A DNA stretch of 63,863 nt, filler included, from Octopus bimaculoides (lineage: Eukaryota): assembly GCF_001194135.2 (NCBI RefSeq). It is 4 parts of 3 records of this genome, joined end to end, with 100 filler letters (N's around TTAATTAATTAA, not from the genome) between each part and the next. Parts side by side here need not be neighbours in the genome. Positions count along the whole stretch, not along the records: positions 1 to 24,624 come from NC_068984.1; 3 more parts are not named here. One strand, 5' to 3'. Positions 12,423 through 24,624 of this stretch are shown piece after piece. Both the position numbers and the translations under genes were made by a program. The notes beneath the pieces were generated by a model. The model worked only from the letters and a program-made list of their open reading frames with translations. It did no database searches and was not told the DNA's origin. Position 1 is the first letter of the stretch. Every line of letters starts with the position of its first letter.

Positions 12423-13010
12423 TGTAGTGATAAGATGTGAGGGCACACCACATGTAATGTAGGGATATAAGGTTCTCACTTCGGGATGTAGGACCTCGCT
12501 TGGCTCTGACTGAGTTTTGAAACTAAATCCACCCGCTTGTTGCTTGTCAAAGCAAGCGGGAAATCCCTTTCCACTTGACCCACGACCATGCTGTGTCAGG
12601 GAGAGTTCAAATGGATACCAAGTAACTTAGATGAGTAAATACAATTCTTATAATGGTATATCTATATTTCTAGCTGGAATGTGCTATTATAAATACCATC
12701 GCTCCGTAAGCAGAAAATTAGTTTCGACCGCTACACTACAAACTGTTCTCGACACTACAACCGAACGCAACGACACAGACAACTATAGCTTTGCAGCAAC
12801 GAATACTACCGTCCCGTCAGTCACTCCCCACCTCTCTCTCACTGGCTTACCTAGCATCTTCACTCTGTCTATCAACTACTGCTGAGAACGACAGGGCACA
12901 TGTAAGTTTTATCCTATCAACTTTATGAACTTTCAGTCTCATACATTCCACCCTTCCTCGCTACCTAGCAATCAAACAAAACTAAGCAGAAGCACTACTA
13001 CTTGAAAACA
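12423..13010 (+). mobile_element. Possible solo LTR-like sequence
   Basis: TGTAGTG start, TATAAATA at about 12688, CA-rich leader and GTAAGT donor at 12902. No second LTR or TSD found. Confidence 0.25.
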
Positions 13011-13537
13011 TAACTATTTTGAATACTGTTTGTTTATATGCCTGCCTGCCCGTCGTGATAGGCATTCAGAAAAAGTAACGTATCTAATTGGTTTGGCTGG
13101 CAGCATCAATTTCTGTTCGAATTGATTTCATATTCAGTGTAATGATATACGTTTATAGGCTAATGAATGACGTGAAAATAATTTTCGTTATAAATCAATA
13201 AATAAAGAATTATTAGCAATTAAATCTTGGCTAATTTTAGCCAACCGTTAACCACAAGCACATTCATGCTTGTTTCCATAGTAAAAAGCAAACAGGAGGG
13301 ATCTTTTTTAAAACGGGGGCCACATTTTTCATTAACGAAACACTTTGAAACTTGGAACACTGGTAGAATGTGTCATATAAAACATCTTTTTCTCTTAGTC
13401 TTCTTAAAAAAAAAAGAAATCCATAAATTATTCCATGTTAAAGTTGTCGTATTTCTGTAATTTCAACCAATCACTGACGTCCATTCAGCCGATATACATT
13501 AAGTGCCGACTACATAAACAAACGATTCTGAAACAAT

Positions 13538-13587
13538 TAACCCTAACCCTAACTCTAACCCTAACCCTAGGGTTAGGGTTAGGGTTA
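13538..13587. repeat. Interstitial telomeric repeats, (TAACCC)x5 then (GGGTTA)x3
   Basis: Read directly; one unit is the variant TAACTC. Confidence 0.95.
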
Positions 13588-15017
13588 AAGCAAATTTAAA
13601 ATGAAAAAAGCAAATAAAACGAATGTATGGAGATTAAATACGCTTTACATCGCTTAATCAGCCAAAGGAGTAAATATANNNNNNNNNNNNNNNNNNNNNN
13701 NNNNNNNNNNNNNNNNNNNNNNNNNNNNNNNNNNNNNNNNNNNNNNNNNNNNNNNNNNNNNNNNNNNNNNNNNNNNNNNNNNNNNNNNNNNNNNNNNNNN
13801 NNNNNNNNNNNNNNNNNNNNNNNNNNNNNNNNNNNNNNNNNNNNNNNNNNNNNNNNNNNNNNNNNNNNNNNNNNNNNNNNNNNNNNNNNNNNNNNNNNNN
13901 NNNNNNNNNNNNNNNNNNNNNNNNNNNNNNNNNNNNNNNNNNNNNNNNNNNNNNNNNNNNNNNNNNNNNNNNNNNNNNNNNNNNNNNNNNNNNNNNNNNN
14001 NNNNNNNNNNNNNNNNNNNNNNNNNNNNNNNNNNNNNNNNNNNNNNNNNNNNNNNNNNNNNNNNNNNNNNNNNNNNNNNNNNNNNNNNNNNNNNNNNNNN
14101 NNNNNNNNNNNNNNNNNNNNNNNNNNNNNNNNNNNNNNNNNNNNNNNNNNNNNNNNNNNNNNNNNNNNNNNNNNNNNNNNNNNNNNNNNNNNNNNNNNNN
14201 NNNNNNNNNNNNNNNNNNNNNNNNNNNNNNNNNNNNNNNNNNNNNNNNNNNNNNNNNNNNNNNNNNNNNNNNNNNNNNNNNNNNNNNNNNNNNNNNNNNN
14301 NNNNNNNNNNNNNNNNNNNNNNNNNNNNNNNNNNNNNNNNNNNNNNNNNNNNNNNNNNNNNNNNNNNNNNNNNNNNNNNNNNNNNNNNNNNNNNNNNNNN
14401 NNNNNNNNNNNNNNNNNNNNNNNNNNNNNNNNNNNNNNNNNNNNNNNNNNNNNNNNNNNNNNNNNNNNNNNNNNNNNNNNNNNNNNNNNNNNNNNNNNNN
14501 NNNNNNNNNNNNNNNNNNNNNNNNNNNNNNNNNNNNNNNNNNNNNNNNNNNNNNNNNNNNNNNNNNNNNNNNNNNNNNNNNNNNNNNNNNNNNNNNNNNN
14601 NNNNNNNNNNNNNNNNNNNNNNNNNNNNNNNNNNNNNNNNNNNNNNNNNNNNNNNNNNTCTGTCTGTCTGTCTCTCTCTCTATCTATCTATCTATCTATC
14701 TATCTATCACTCGAAAGTTATTGGAACAAATTTGACACCTATATCCATGCGTTTGAAAACACAGAGTATAAGGGTACTACTAAAGCAGAGTGGTCCCGAA
14801 CGCGCAGTCGCGCGTCCGCGCTAGTTAGTCGTGAGTGGTCGATCATATTATTTTTAAACTTCAAACTTCATTTGTTTTCTATTTTGATAAATTCTCTCTG
14901 TTGAAAATTATATTTTTATATTTTATATAATTTGCAATTTCAGAAAATATATTTTTATATTAAATTTGCGTTTTCTAATTTGATAAATTCTACGGACACA
15001 AACAGAGGTGAACGAGT

Positions 15018-15018
<1 letters not shown>

Positions 15019-15085
<67 letters not shown>

Positions 15086-15765
15086 NNNNNNNNNNNNNNN
15101 NNNNNNNNNNNNNNNNNNNNNNNNNNNNNNNNNNNNNNNNNNNNNNNNNNNNNNNNNNNNNNNNNNNNNNNNNNNNNNNNNNNNNNNNNNNNNNNNNNNN
15201 NNNNNNNNNNNNNNNNNNNNNNNNNNNNNNNNNNNNNNNNNNNNNNNNNNNNNNNNNNNNNNNNNNNNNNNNNNNNNNNNNNNNNNNNNNNNNNNNNNNN
15301 NNNNNNNNNNNNNNNNNNNNNNNNNNNNNNNNNNNNNNNNNNNNNNNNNNNNNNNNNNNNNNNNNNNNNNNNNNNNNNNNNNNNAGATAGATAGATAGAG
15401 ATAGATAGATAGATAGATAGATAGAGATAGATAGATAGAGATAGATAGATAGATATATAGAGATAGATAGATAGATATATAGAGATAGATAGATAGATAT
15501 ATAGAGATAGATAGATAGATAGAGAGAGAGATAGATATAGATAGATAGATATATAGAGATAGATAGATATATAGAGATAGATATATAGATATATAGAGAT
15601 AGATATATAGAGATAGATATATAGATATATAGAGATAGATAGATAGATATAGATAGAGATAGATAGATATATAGAGAGAGATAGATAGATAGATATATAG
15701 AGAGAGATAGATAGATAGATATATGGAGAGAGATAGTGAGATAGACAGACAGATAGATAGATAGC
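15019..15765. repeat. Compound (GATA)/(GA)/(TA) microsatellite spanning an N gap
   Basis: Read directly. Confidence 0.95.
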
Positions 15766-16169
15766 TCCGGCTAGTCAGTAGCCAAAGAATCAACTCAAAC
15801 CAGCAGTAACGTTCCTTGTCAGTTCTACTTTCAATTCTGACAGCTAATACCATGACAGTGCCAAATTTGGTTATCACAACTTTGGCCACTGTTCTTCTTT
15901 CCTGGAGTCAACATCAGCATCATCATCTTCATCAGCAACACTTCTTCACATTCGGCAACCACTCCCTTACAAGGGCACCAATCGTATCGTACAGATGAAA
16001 AAGTTACTTGATGTAGAAGTAGCGATTCTCGTTCCGTGTCGGGTCACTATATGTAAATACTCAGAAGGAGGATGAGACAGCGCAGTAACAACAACGAAGA
16101 GAAAAGAAAAATATTCACATATTTGACGGAACGGTCAGTAAGATAAATATAGTAGGCACTCTAGGCACA

Positions 16170-16283
16170 AGGCCCGAAATTTTTGAGAAAGAGACCAGTC
16201 GATTAGATCCACCCCAGTACACAACTGGTACTTAATTTATCGACTCCGAAAGGATGAAAGGTAAAGTCGACCTCGGCGGAATA
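16170..16283 (-). mobile_element. SINE family B (MetaSINE-like core), 3' part
   Basis: Reverse complement of the ccgccgaggtcgactttgcctttcatcctttcggggtcgataaattaagtaccag core. Confidence 0.85.
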
Positions 16284-16846
16284 GATATAGCAGTAATTGA
16301 CGATGGTAATAATATGTAACGATAAAGATTTGTTGTTATAATTGCATGTTGTAAGATGGGAAAGATGAACAATAGATGAAGTTTTAAGGAAATATTTATT
16401 TACCGTTACGTTACAATACCTTGCCTCGACGGGCAGGTTGTGATAAATCCAAAAGCATGAGCATGCGAAGTAAAGTTTGTGTTTGTGTCCTCTTCATTGT
16501 TTAGTAGTAATTACAGAGAGAGATAGAACGATGTTGTAAGCAAACAGAATTAGAGCTAGTGAGAGTTGTAGGATGTGAGGCGTTGTCTCGCAGTTGCTGA
16601 CAGTAAACTTCATTTCTCCCTCGGACCAAGCTTCTAGCTGGTCAGCCAGACTTCGTTGTCACCGAAATGACTAACTCTATGAGTCGTCACCACGTGACTG
16701 GACTCGTTGAGTCGTCACCCACTGATTTTTGCTAGGGGAGTTCCAAAACTGAAGCGGGTGAGACCGCGAGAGAAAGATGCTCTCAGTTATATAAGGTATG
16801 GCCAGGAAGTATGTCAAACCTAAAGCAATGGATTGACCCTTCCGGG

Positions 16847-18230
16847 TTTTTTTTATTGCCTACAAGGGGCCAACACAGAGGGGACAATACAAAGACATGT
16901 GGGGACACATAAATAAAGAAAAAAAGAAAAGCGTATGTTATAATGAATGATAAGATGAAGATGAAAAATGGAATGAAGTTTCCTCAGCCTTACCTCTTAG
17001 TTACTTCATTTTACCTCTGTTCATTTTTCTTTTTGAACCCAGAGCCTTTCCAAATGTCCACTCTGTACTCCTTCAGTAAAAACGTGTAAGATCAACTTGC
17101 CATATTTTAAATCCTTTTTTGAATTTAAAAATTTTCTCCCTTTGGTTCTCGTCCAACAACGTTGTCGAACTTGCGAGTGTCCACCGCTCTAATGTCCTTC
17201 CACTTATTTTTTTTCTTGACACAAATTTTTATTTGTGTTATCATGCATAGTTTTCTTCTTTTTTCCCGTGGGAGGAGAGGTTGAATTACTTGTGTCTGAC
17301 TGTACTTGTTTTCATGTTGGAGGGAGGGGGGTAGGTTCAGTGTCTGTAGGGAGCGGGTGGGAAGAAGAGGGTGTGGGTGGGGGTGGGTTTCAGTATTTAT
17401 TTTACCTGGTTTCCTCATTTTTCTCGTCCTTTTCTTTCCTGGTGTCACCCATTCGTCTTCTGTTCCGCTTACTTCTTCTGCTTCTGCTGGTGGTGGCATT
17501 ATTTTCTCCTTTTCTTTTACCAGTTCTGCCTTTTTTCCTTGTAGAGGGCAGTTTACTCTAATGCGACCTTTCTGGCCACACTTGTAGCACCTGGTTATCC
17601 TGCCCTCTACTCTGACTACCATTGTTGTGTCTCCAAACACTATTGTTTCCGGCAACTCTTCTATTACATCATTCGGTCCCCATATCACCATATTTAAGGA
17701 TTGTCCTTTCCAGTTCCTTGTTTCCGTTTTGGTGACCTGGAGAACCTCCATCTCTTCCTCGATACCAAGCAAGACTGCGGCTACTATCCAGGCTACGTCA
17801 ACATCCGGGGGGATTCCTTCTGCGTTGACCTTTATAACACTCCTTCCACTATATATTTGCAACATCGCTACTTCCTCGTTCTTTAATATTGTTGACGAGT
17901 TTAAAGTTGCACTGCCTACATCATTAAATTGGACTTTAATTGTACCAAAACCTAAAACAATGGACTGACCCTTCCATGACCAGCTTAGCCCGCCGGAGGT
18001 CAGGTTTTTTCTCATTAATCTCTCCGCATAGAAATAAAATACAAAGGATCAGATATTCGTCTGACAAGCAACAAGTGTGTGGATTCGGTTTCGAATTTCA
18101 GTTAGGCAGAGCTAAATGAACTCCCACAAGTCCATTTATGTGAAACGTTTTTGAGTGCGCTGACAAAAACTCCTATGCTATATATTCCGGCTACTGCTTA
18201 TTGTTCTCATTTCCAGAGTAAATTCATGGA
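16847..18230 (-). mobile_element. ORF1/gag-only non-autonomous non-LTR retroelement with a SINE-shared 3' tail
   Basis: Single ORF, then about 270 nt of 3' UTR ending ggccccttgtaggcAATAAAaaaaaa. No ORF2 between the stop and the tail. The 5' boundary is approximate. Confidence 0.6.
17125..18015 (-). CDS. LINE ORF1/gag-like nucleic-acid-binding protein (296 aa) with a zinc knuckle
   Basis: Uninterrupted non-repetitive ORF. CYKCGQKGRIRVNC is CX2CX4(H>R)X4C, preceded by an RRM-like region and VRVEGR and followed by a basic tail, as in L1/Tx1-type ORF1. Confidence 0.7.
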   Translation of the reverse strand: MRKNLTSGGLSWSWKGQSIVLGFGTIKVQFNDVGSATLNSSTILKNEEVAMLQIYSGRSVIKVNAEGIPPDVDVAWIVAAVLLGIEEEMEVLQVTKTETRNWKGQSLNMVIWGPNDVIEELPETIVFGDTTMVVRVEGRITRCYKCGQKGRIRVNCPLQGKKAELVKEKEKIMPPPAEAEEVSGTEDEWVTPGKKRTRKMRKPGKINTETHPHPHPLLPTRSLQTLNLPPSLQHENKYSQTQVIQPLLPREKRRKLCMITQIKICVKKKNKWKDIRAVDTRKFDNVVGREPKGENF

Positions 18231-18404
18231 AAAGTTATTACTCTGGTGCCGGTTTAGCGTTTGTTTTTGTGTCAAGTTACAATAAAAACAATTTTACATT
18301 AAACTGAGGGATTTCTCGATACTTTTTGTAGTGTACATAATTATTTTTAACAAAAATAGTACTAACAGTGTAGAATATACTTTATTACTGTTTAACAAGA
18401 ATAG

Positions 18405-18640
18405 TATTGATAGTTAAACACCCATGTTTCCAGAGTTGAATTATTCAAACCCCAAAGAATTCCTCTCAACACAATACTATGACGCTCCCCAACTATTACT
18501 ACTCGTGATCAGAGATGCATTTAGTGTTATCTACTGAGGGACATGCTCAACTGGTTAATGTCAAGCAAGTGACAAGAAAATCTGTGGTATAGAGCAGAAT
18601 ATTTGCTGTAGTCCATCTTTTATACCAAGACAAAATATGC
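18405..18640 (+). repeat. Dispersed repeat; second copy at about 58425-58580
   Basis: catgtttcca..gaatta..cccaaagaatt..ctcaacaca..gatcagagatgca..gggacatgctcaact is shared between the two sites. Confidence 0.75.
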
Positions 18641-18757
18641 ACATGATAACACTTCCATTATTATTGAGTGAGAAAGCAGTGCATGCCATCGAAATTACAC
18701 TGGAATATAAATATAGGAAGCCTAATTTACCAATCATGACTACCTGTCTGCAGTTTC

Positions 18758-18962
18758 AGGCGGCGAGCTGGCAAAGTGATAAGCACGAAATGCTTAACGG
18801 TATTTTATCTGCCGCTACTTTCTGAGTTCAAATTCCGCCGAGGTCGACTTTGCCTTTCATCCTTTCGTGGTCGATTAAATAAGTACCAGTTACGCACTGG
18901 GGTCGATATAATCGACTTATCCCCTCTCCCCAAATTTCAGGTCTAGTGTCTATAGTAGAAAT
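18758..18962 (+). mobile_element. SINE family B, near full length
   Basis: ggcggcgagctggca head, gagttcaaattcc B-box-like motif, MetaSINE-like core, tail running into (ATT)n. Confidence 0.9.
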
Positions 18963-18989
18963 GATTATTATTATTATTATTATTATTAT

Positions 18990-19970
18990 TGTTCAGTAGT
19001 TTTATTTTTATAACGTGCTTTCACTTCACTACCGAGCACAGCTCTGTGTGCCTTGGGTATGTGCTGTGGTTTGCTGTGATGTTCTTATGGTTACTGTATT
19101 GAAAGTGTTTTGCGTAGGATGTGTGCAGTGCCCAGTAGTGCAATTTTCTGTATGTTATATATATTTGTAAGTCCTGGTGTTTTTGTTATGTATTTGTCTG
19201 AATATTTTTTTTATTATACCTAAGGCACCTACTATGATAGGAATTGTTTCTGTTTTTAGATTCCACATTCGAGTTACCTCTATTTCCAGGTCTTTGTATT
19301 TTGAAAGTTTTTCCATTTCTTTTANNNNNNNNNNNNNNNNNNNNNNNNNNNNNNNNNNNNNNNNNNNNNNNNNNNNNNNNNNNNNNNNNNNNNNNNNNNN
19401 NNNNNNNNNNNNNNNNNNNNNNNNNNNNNNNNNNNNNNNNNNNNNNNNNNNNNNNNNNNNNNNNNNNNNNNNNNNNNNNNNNNNNNNNNNNNNNNNNNNN
19501 NNNNNNNNNNNNNNNNNNNNNNNNNNNNNNNNNNNNNNNNNNNNNNNNNNNNNNNNNNNNNNNNNNNNNNNNNNNNNNNNNNNNNNNNNNNNNNNNNNNN
19601 NNNNNNNNNNNNNNNNNNNNNNNNNNNNNNNNNNNNNNNNNNNNNNNNNNNNNNNNNNNNNNNNNNNNNNNNNNNNNNNNNNNNNNNNNNNNNNNNNNNN
19701 NNNNNNNNNNNNNNNNNNNNNNNNNNNNNNNNNNNNNNNNNNNNNNNNNNNNNNNNNNNNNNNNNNNNNNNNNNNNNNNNNNNNNNNNNNNNNNNNNNNN
19801 NNNNNNNNNNNNNNNNNNNNNNNNNNNNNNNNNNNNNNNNNNNNNNNNNNNNNNNNNNNNNNNNNNNNGTTTTATAGCTTTTGTTGTTTCTTCTTCTTCT
19901 TCTTCGTAATTGTCAGGTAGTATGATTTCTTGTTTGTATTTGTCAGCTTCCTTAAATACTGAAAACATTA
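18990..19970 (-). mobile_element. R4/Dong-clade LINE, 5'-truncated copy spanning an N gap
   Basis: 19091-19324 minus reads KEMEKLSKYKDLEIEVTRMWNLKTETIPIIVGALG...KIALLGTAHILRKTLSIQ* (RLE C-terminus). (ATT)n on both flanks. Confidence 0.88.
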
Positions 19971-20039
19971 TTATTATTATTATTATTATTGTTGTTGTTG
20001 TTGTTGTTGTTTTCTTTTTTTTTTTTCTTTCTTCAAATT

Positions 20040-20950
20040 TTCTTCCATTTCTCGCCGAGTGTTTTCCGTACACCTAGGGCAGAGAAGCTCATTGTATGCA
20101 TTCTCAGTACATGAGTCGTTCCAGTTAACACGATTTTTTGCACTTCCTGTAGGGATGGTAAGCCTGGTATCATTTTCAAATAGGTTTCAGTACTTTTTTT
20201 TTTTTATCATTCCTAGAGAGATTCCTATCACTGAGACTGTAGTCGCTTTGAGATGCCACATTTTTTCAATTTCTATTAGCAAGTCTTTATATTTACTGAT
20301 CTTGTCAAATTCTTTCGCCGCTATATTATGATCGCAAGAAATACTCACGTCAATTAATAAACACACCTTTTTTGTCTGATCTTCTATAATAATATCCGGT
20401 CTATTAGCTTTTATAGTTTTGTCGGTATGTACGGGGAAGTCCCAGAGAATCGACATATTTTCTCCCTCAGTCACAGCTTCAGGATGTTGTTTATACCATT
20501 TGCCAGCGGTTTTGATTTTATAATGTCGACATATTGTCCAGTGTAAATACTGGCTGACTCTGTCATGTCTTGCTTTATATTCTACAGGTGCTAAGATTCT
20601 ACACTCTGAGATTAGGTGGTCTATAGTTTCAATCCCATCATTACAGAATCGGCATTTTTGGTCAGCTCCATTTTTTATCACATTGGCTTGGTAGTTCCGG
20701 GTTAATAAGCTTTGGTCTTGAGCAGCCAATATGAAACCTTCACTCTCTGCTTTTAGTCCTGAGCTTCGTAACCATTGATGCGTGTGTTTCTGGTCGACAT
20801 CAGCTTGTTTGCTACGAGCCACATACTTGCCATGCAGAGGTTTCTGTTCCCATCTGCTAGCTAATTTTTCACGTGCTTTTGTCTTTGTAATTAATTTTAT
20901 TTTCTTTGCAGCAGTAGTTGGCGCATTTCCTTCAACCTGATTAATCTGGT
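20040..20950 (-). mobile_element. R4/Dong-clade LINE, zinc finger and RLE endonuclease region
   Basis: WEQKPLHGKY..LKAESEGFILAAQDQSL..KCRFC..ETIDHLISEC..RHDRV..ILWDF..ANRPDI..LIDVS..KISKYKDL. Confidence 0.92.
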
Positions 20951-21559
20951 ATTATTATTATTATTATGATTATTATTATTATTATTATTGTTATTCCTGT
21001 GTTTCAGGTATAGTTTTTGTTATGGTGGTAGACATTAACACCCCTGTGTGATTAAAAGGTGGACTCGTCGAACTCTTATAAAGAGTAACAAATCTCGTTG
21101 AGACCAGAGAGAGGAAGGCGTTGGAGTTACGTGTGTTGTTAATCGGAAGTTACTTATGTAAATACATTGCTTTACTCCTTCGTTAAAATCCGCAACAAAG
21201 GATATAAAAGTTTTGCAGTGTAGAATGCGTATAGTATTTCAATGTAGTTGTCATCTGTCCATTGTTCTCTTTTGGTGTTTTTCTTCATTTGGGCAATGAC
21301 ATTAAGAGATGAGTCTGTCTGTTTAGTGTTAACTTTATGACAGAATACCGTCTCAGGTCGTCTGTTAAGACTTCTTTCGTATTGCGATTGCCTGAGACTT
21401 ACAGATCGAAATTCACCTATTTCTTTTCATGATTTTATTGTCGGGCATTTCTTCTTTCTTTTTCTCTCTGTTTAAAATGTGGCGTGAAGCACTTTTTGTT
21501 GATTATTATTTCTCTCTTTTTAGCTGTTTAAACATTATGTGTTTAGTGTTTGTCTTGTT

Positions 21560-22260
21560 CGTGTTTGGGAAATTATAGGTGTTCGTTTGTGGACCTTGAG
21601 ACATAACAACGCTCATCTACTTGTCATTCAGGTAGGGATGTGACAATGTTACAAGCATTCATCCAGTTGTGCAGCGGTCTTTCATGCAGCTGTATAAAGT
21701 TCTTCAGCCTTGTACTCCATCCGGGTCAAGTCCTTTCCAATTTGCTACTTTTTAAACTTCAGTCTCATGCATCTTACATTTGGTGGTATTTCATTGTTAC
21801 CACCATACATCTTACTTCGCAGCATTTCTAGAATCTCCTTCTCTTTGTCAAGTCTTGGGCAGCATTTACTGTCACTTGTCCAACTAGATCATCTTCATTA
21901 TTTACTTCATCAGCAATCTCAGGCACTTAGTGATTTCCTCCTTTTTAATTTTCTTCATCTCTTAACCCTTCATTATCACTTTCTGCTACTGCTGTTTCAT
22001 TTTCTTCCTGTTCTTTTTTTTTTTCTCTGAATCTTTTCAATCTCTAATCTTGTTATCCAGTCGTTCATTCTATCAATCACTGGACAGATGCTTCAGAAAC
22101 TTTTTTTTTCGTCCCATATTCTCTTCATTCATTTTGTGAAACCTCTTTTATTTGGCTCACTTCTCAGCCAGTATTCAACTACAATCTTGTTTATTTCTTT
22201 TTTCCATTTCATTTTTTCCTTTTGCACTTTTGACTTAGAATCTGGTCCTGATCAATAGCT
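21560..22260 (-). mobile_element. R4/Dong-clade LINE N-terminal and RT-proximal remnant; may extend to about 23200
   Basis: Minus strand KWKKEINKIVVEYWLRSEPNKRGF..MKRIWDEK and NWKGLDPDGVQG..LKNF.QLHER, heavily degraded. Confidence 0.7.
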
Positions 22261-24624
22261 TGTTAACGACCTGCCGGAGCTTGATCAGACACTTCTTGCC
22301 TGCCGTATGCGCCACCTTCACTGTTAACAGTTAGCTGTCCCGTTAGTGCAGTTGTGATTATTATTTGATTTTGATATCACTCATTTAGAGGTAGCATTTA
22401 TAAGGCTGTGCAACCACCAGTACTTTTATCGTGACGCAATCACTAGGTGGGTTGCTAACCAAGGGTCAGAGAGTTCACACCTATCCTCGTATACACTGTT
22501 ATCAGTTCCAACCTCATTCACGCCGTTGTTTAATACATTTGTATTTGACATGTTCATTCATAAGGATTCTGGTGATGAGTTGACACAACTATCAACATTT
22601 TTATTGCGAGACCATCTCTAGAGGGATTCTCAACTAAGGCTAAAGGGACACTCTCACCCTGTGAGACAGACTTAACCACGCCAGACGCCAACCTGGTATT
22701 TCAAGGTCTCAAGATGGGCTTACAGGTACTATACCTTGCCCAACGTTGATCTGAAGGTAGTTCTGGTTAACGGTAACCCTATTCTTCCCACGTCGAGACA
22801 CCACAATCGGATACAGTTTCATGCCATACCTAGAGCATATTGTTAGTACTAATATTATTTGCTAGTATTGTTACTGTAAACTGTATTGTTGCTTTTGGCG
22901 TTGTTATTGTCTTATTTTCGCTATTCTGGCTATTTTTGTATTTCCCGTAGTCACGGTGGCTTTGTTACCATTGTTGTTCTTTTTATGATCTTTATTACTG
23001 TTGTTTTTGTCCTTGCAGTGTCTGCGCTGTGTAGTCATGGTGACGTAGCTATTGTTATTGTTTAAAGTACAATCTACGGCCATGTAAAATGGACTGCAGT
23101 GTTCAGCCTGCTAGTTTTGCTGCTGTTATCTATATGGGAGAGAAATTCTATGAGGTAAGGGTGGGGATCTGTATTGGCTTTGGTTTGCTGTGTCTGGAGC
23201 GTTGGGAGCTCACTTGTCAGACTAGTTATATATGTGCACTGGCACGTTATTCCGATGAGCTAACAAGCTGATTCATTCATCTAAAACAGGCTGTTGTTTC
23301 ATTGCTCGAAACGAAGATATTAGTGGCGGAAAGGGGTCGGGTGGCTGGGATCTAGGGTACGGAGAGAGGAGGATGGGAAAGTTTTTTCAGGAAAATGTTT
23401 CAGAAGAGATTTTAAATAAATATAAGGAAAAAGAGAAACAGAAACAAAGACATTTTATATATGGATGTATGGCAATGTTAGTAAGAGCGAATCTTCTTGC
23501 GATTTTCTTCTCTGGTCAGCAAACAAGTGAAAAGTCAATGGGATCAGAGAGAGAGAGAGAGAGAGAGGATGGCTCTAAGGTAAATAACAATATTAATGGC
23601 AGCAGCTGCTTTGTGTACTTACAGAGAGGAAGAGAGAGAAAGAGAGAGAAAAAGAGAAAGATATAGGGAGAAAGAGGGTAATTTAGAACCAGCGTAGTGT
23701 GTTGTGTTTAGATGGGAGAGTACGGAGAAAGTCTTTCAGCAAAATGTTTCTGAAGAGACATCAAAAGGAAGGGTGCTGCCTTCCAGCCATGTCTCTGTCC
23801 TTACTAACAGGCATTCGTTGCAACCATTGCCAGTGCACCGCCAGTACAGATTCCCACGAATCAGTTTCTTACTCATGCTGTGCCTAGATTTACTGCACCT
23901 CTCTTTTTTTAGAAATAACGCTCCAAACTAGATCTAGAAGGGGTCCTACCATTAAGACTAGCCTTACCACAATAAATTCCTGAAGAGATAACATTCGTTT
24001 TGGGCACTGGTTCATACAGAACCTACCACATGCCCAATGGTATATCATGCCCAGTGGTATATCAACATAACCTCGTACCATCTGCCTATAGCTTTTAGAA
24101 CCTCATAAAAGGTGTCTGTAAGAGGATTTCTAGCTTATCCTCATGAAAAGACATATATTTACTTCGTCATTATATTCACCGCAGTAGTATTTTGACCATA
24201 TCATACGAGGAGTTTAGGTGGGCAATTTAAACTGGTCATGTGCATACGTGCATATATATGTGTGTATACGTGCATATATGTAAGTATTCGTATGTTATAT
24301 ATATATATGTAAGAACGACCGTGCGAACTCAAAAAGGAGAAATGGTGACGAATGGAAAAACAGGACTCCTTTTACTTTAAACGCGTCACACGGTCGAACA
24401 CAAAATATATATCAAAGATGATATACAAATATGTTATACTTCGATAACATAAATGGCCAGTAATTAAGACGATAGAAGACAACCGCATGAGATGAATAAC
24501 AGAAATATTTATTGTGACATTAAAATGTATGTCTGTGTGTGAGTGTGAATGCAACATATAAAAACATAATAAAAGACAGGCCGTCGTATAAAGAAAAGAG
24601 TGTGTGTAAGTGATACATATATGT

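Noticed and set aside
13538-13587. Chromosome end-to-end fusion scar
   Set aside because: A fusion gives (TTAGGG)n then (CCCTAA)n; the order here is the reverse and the tract is only 50 bp.
17125-18015. Host ZCCHC-type gene
   Set aside because: It is intronless, has a degenerate knuckle, and ends in a retroelement-type shared tail. A TE origin is more parsimonious, though domestication is not excluded.
23252-23320. CCGATGAGC...GCTCGAAAC hammerhead-like motif
   Set aside because: The core has U4C, the stem II register does not fit, and there is no GUH or stem I after GAAAC.
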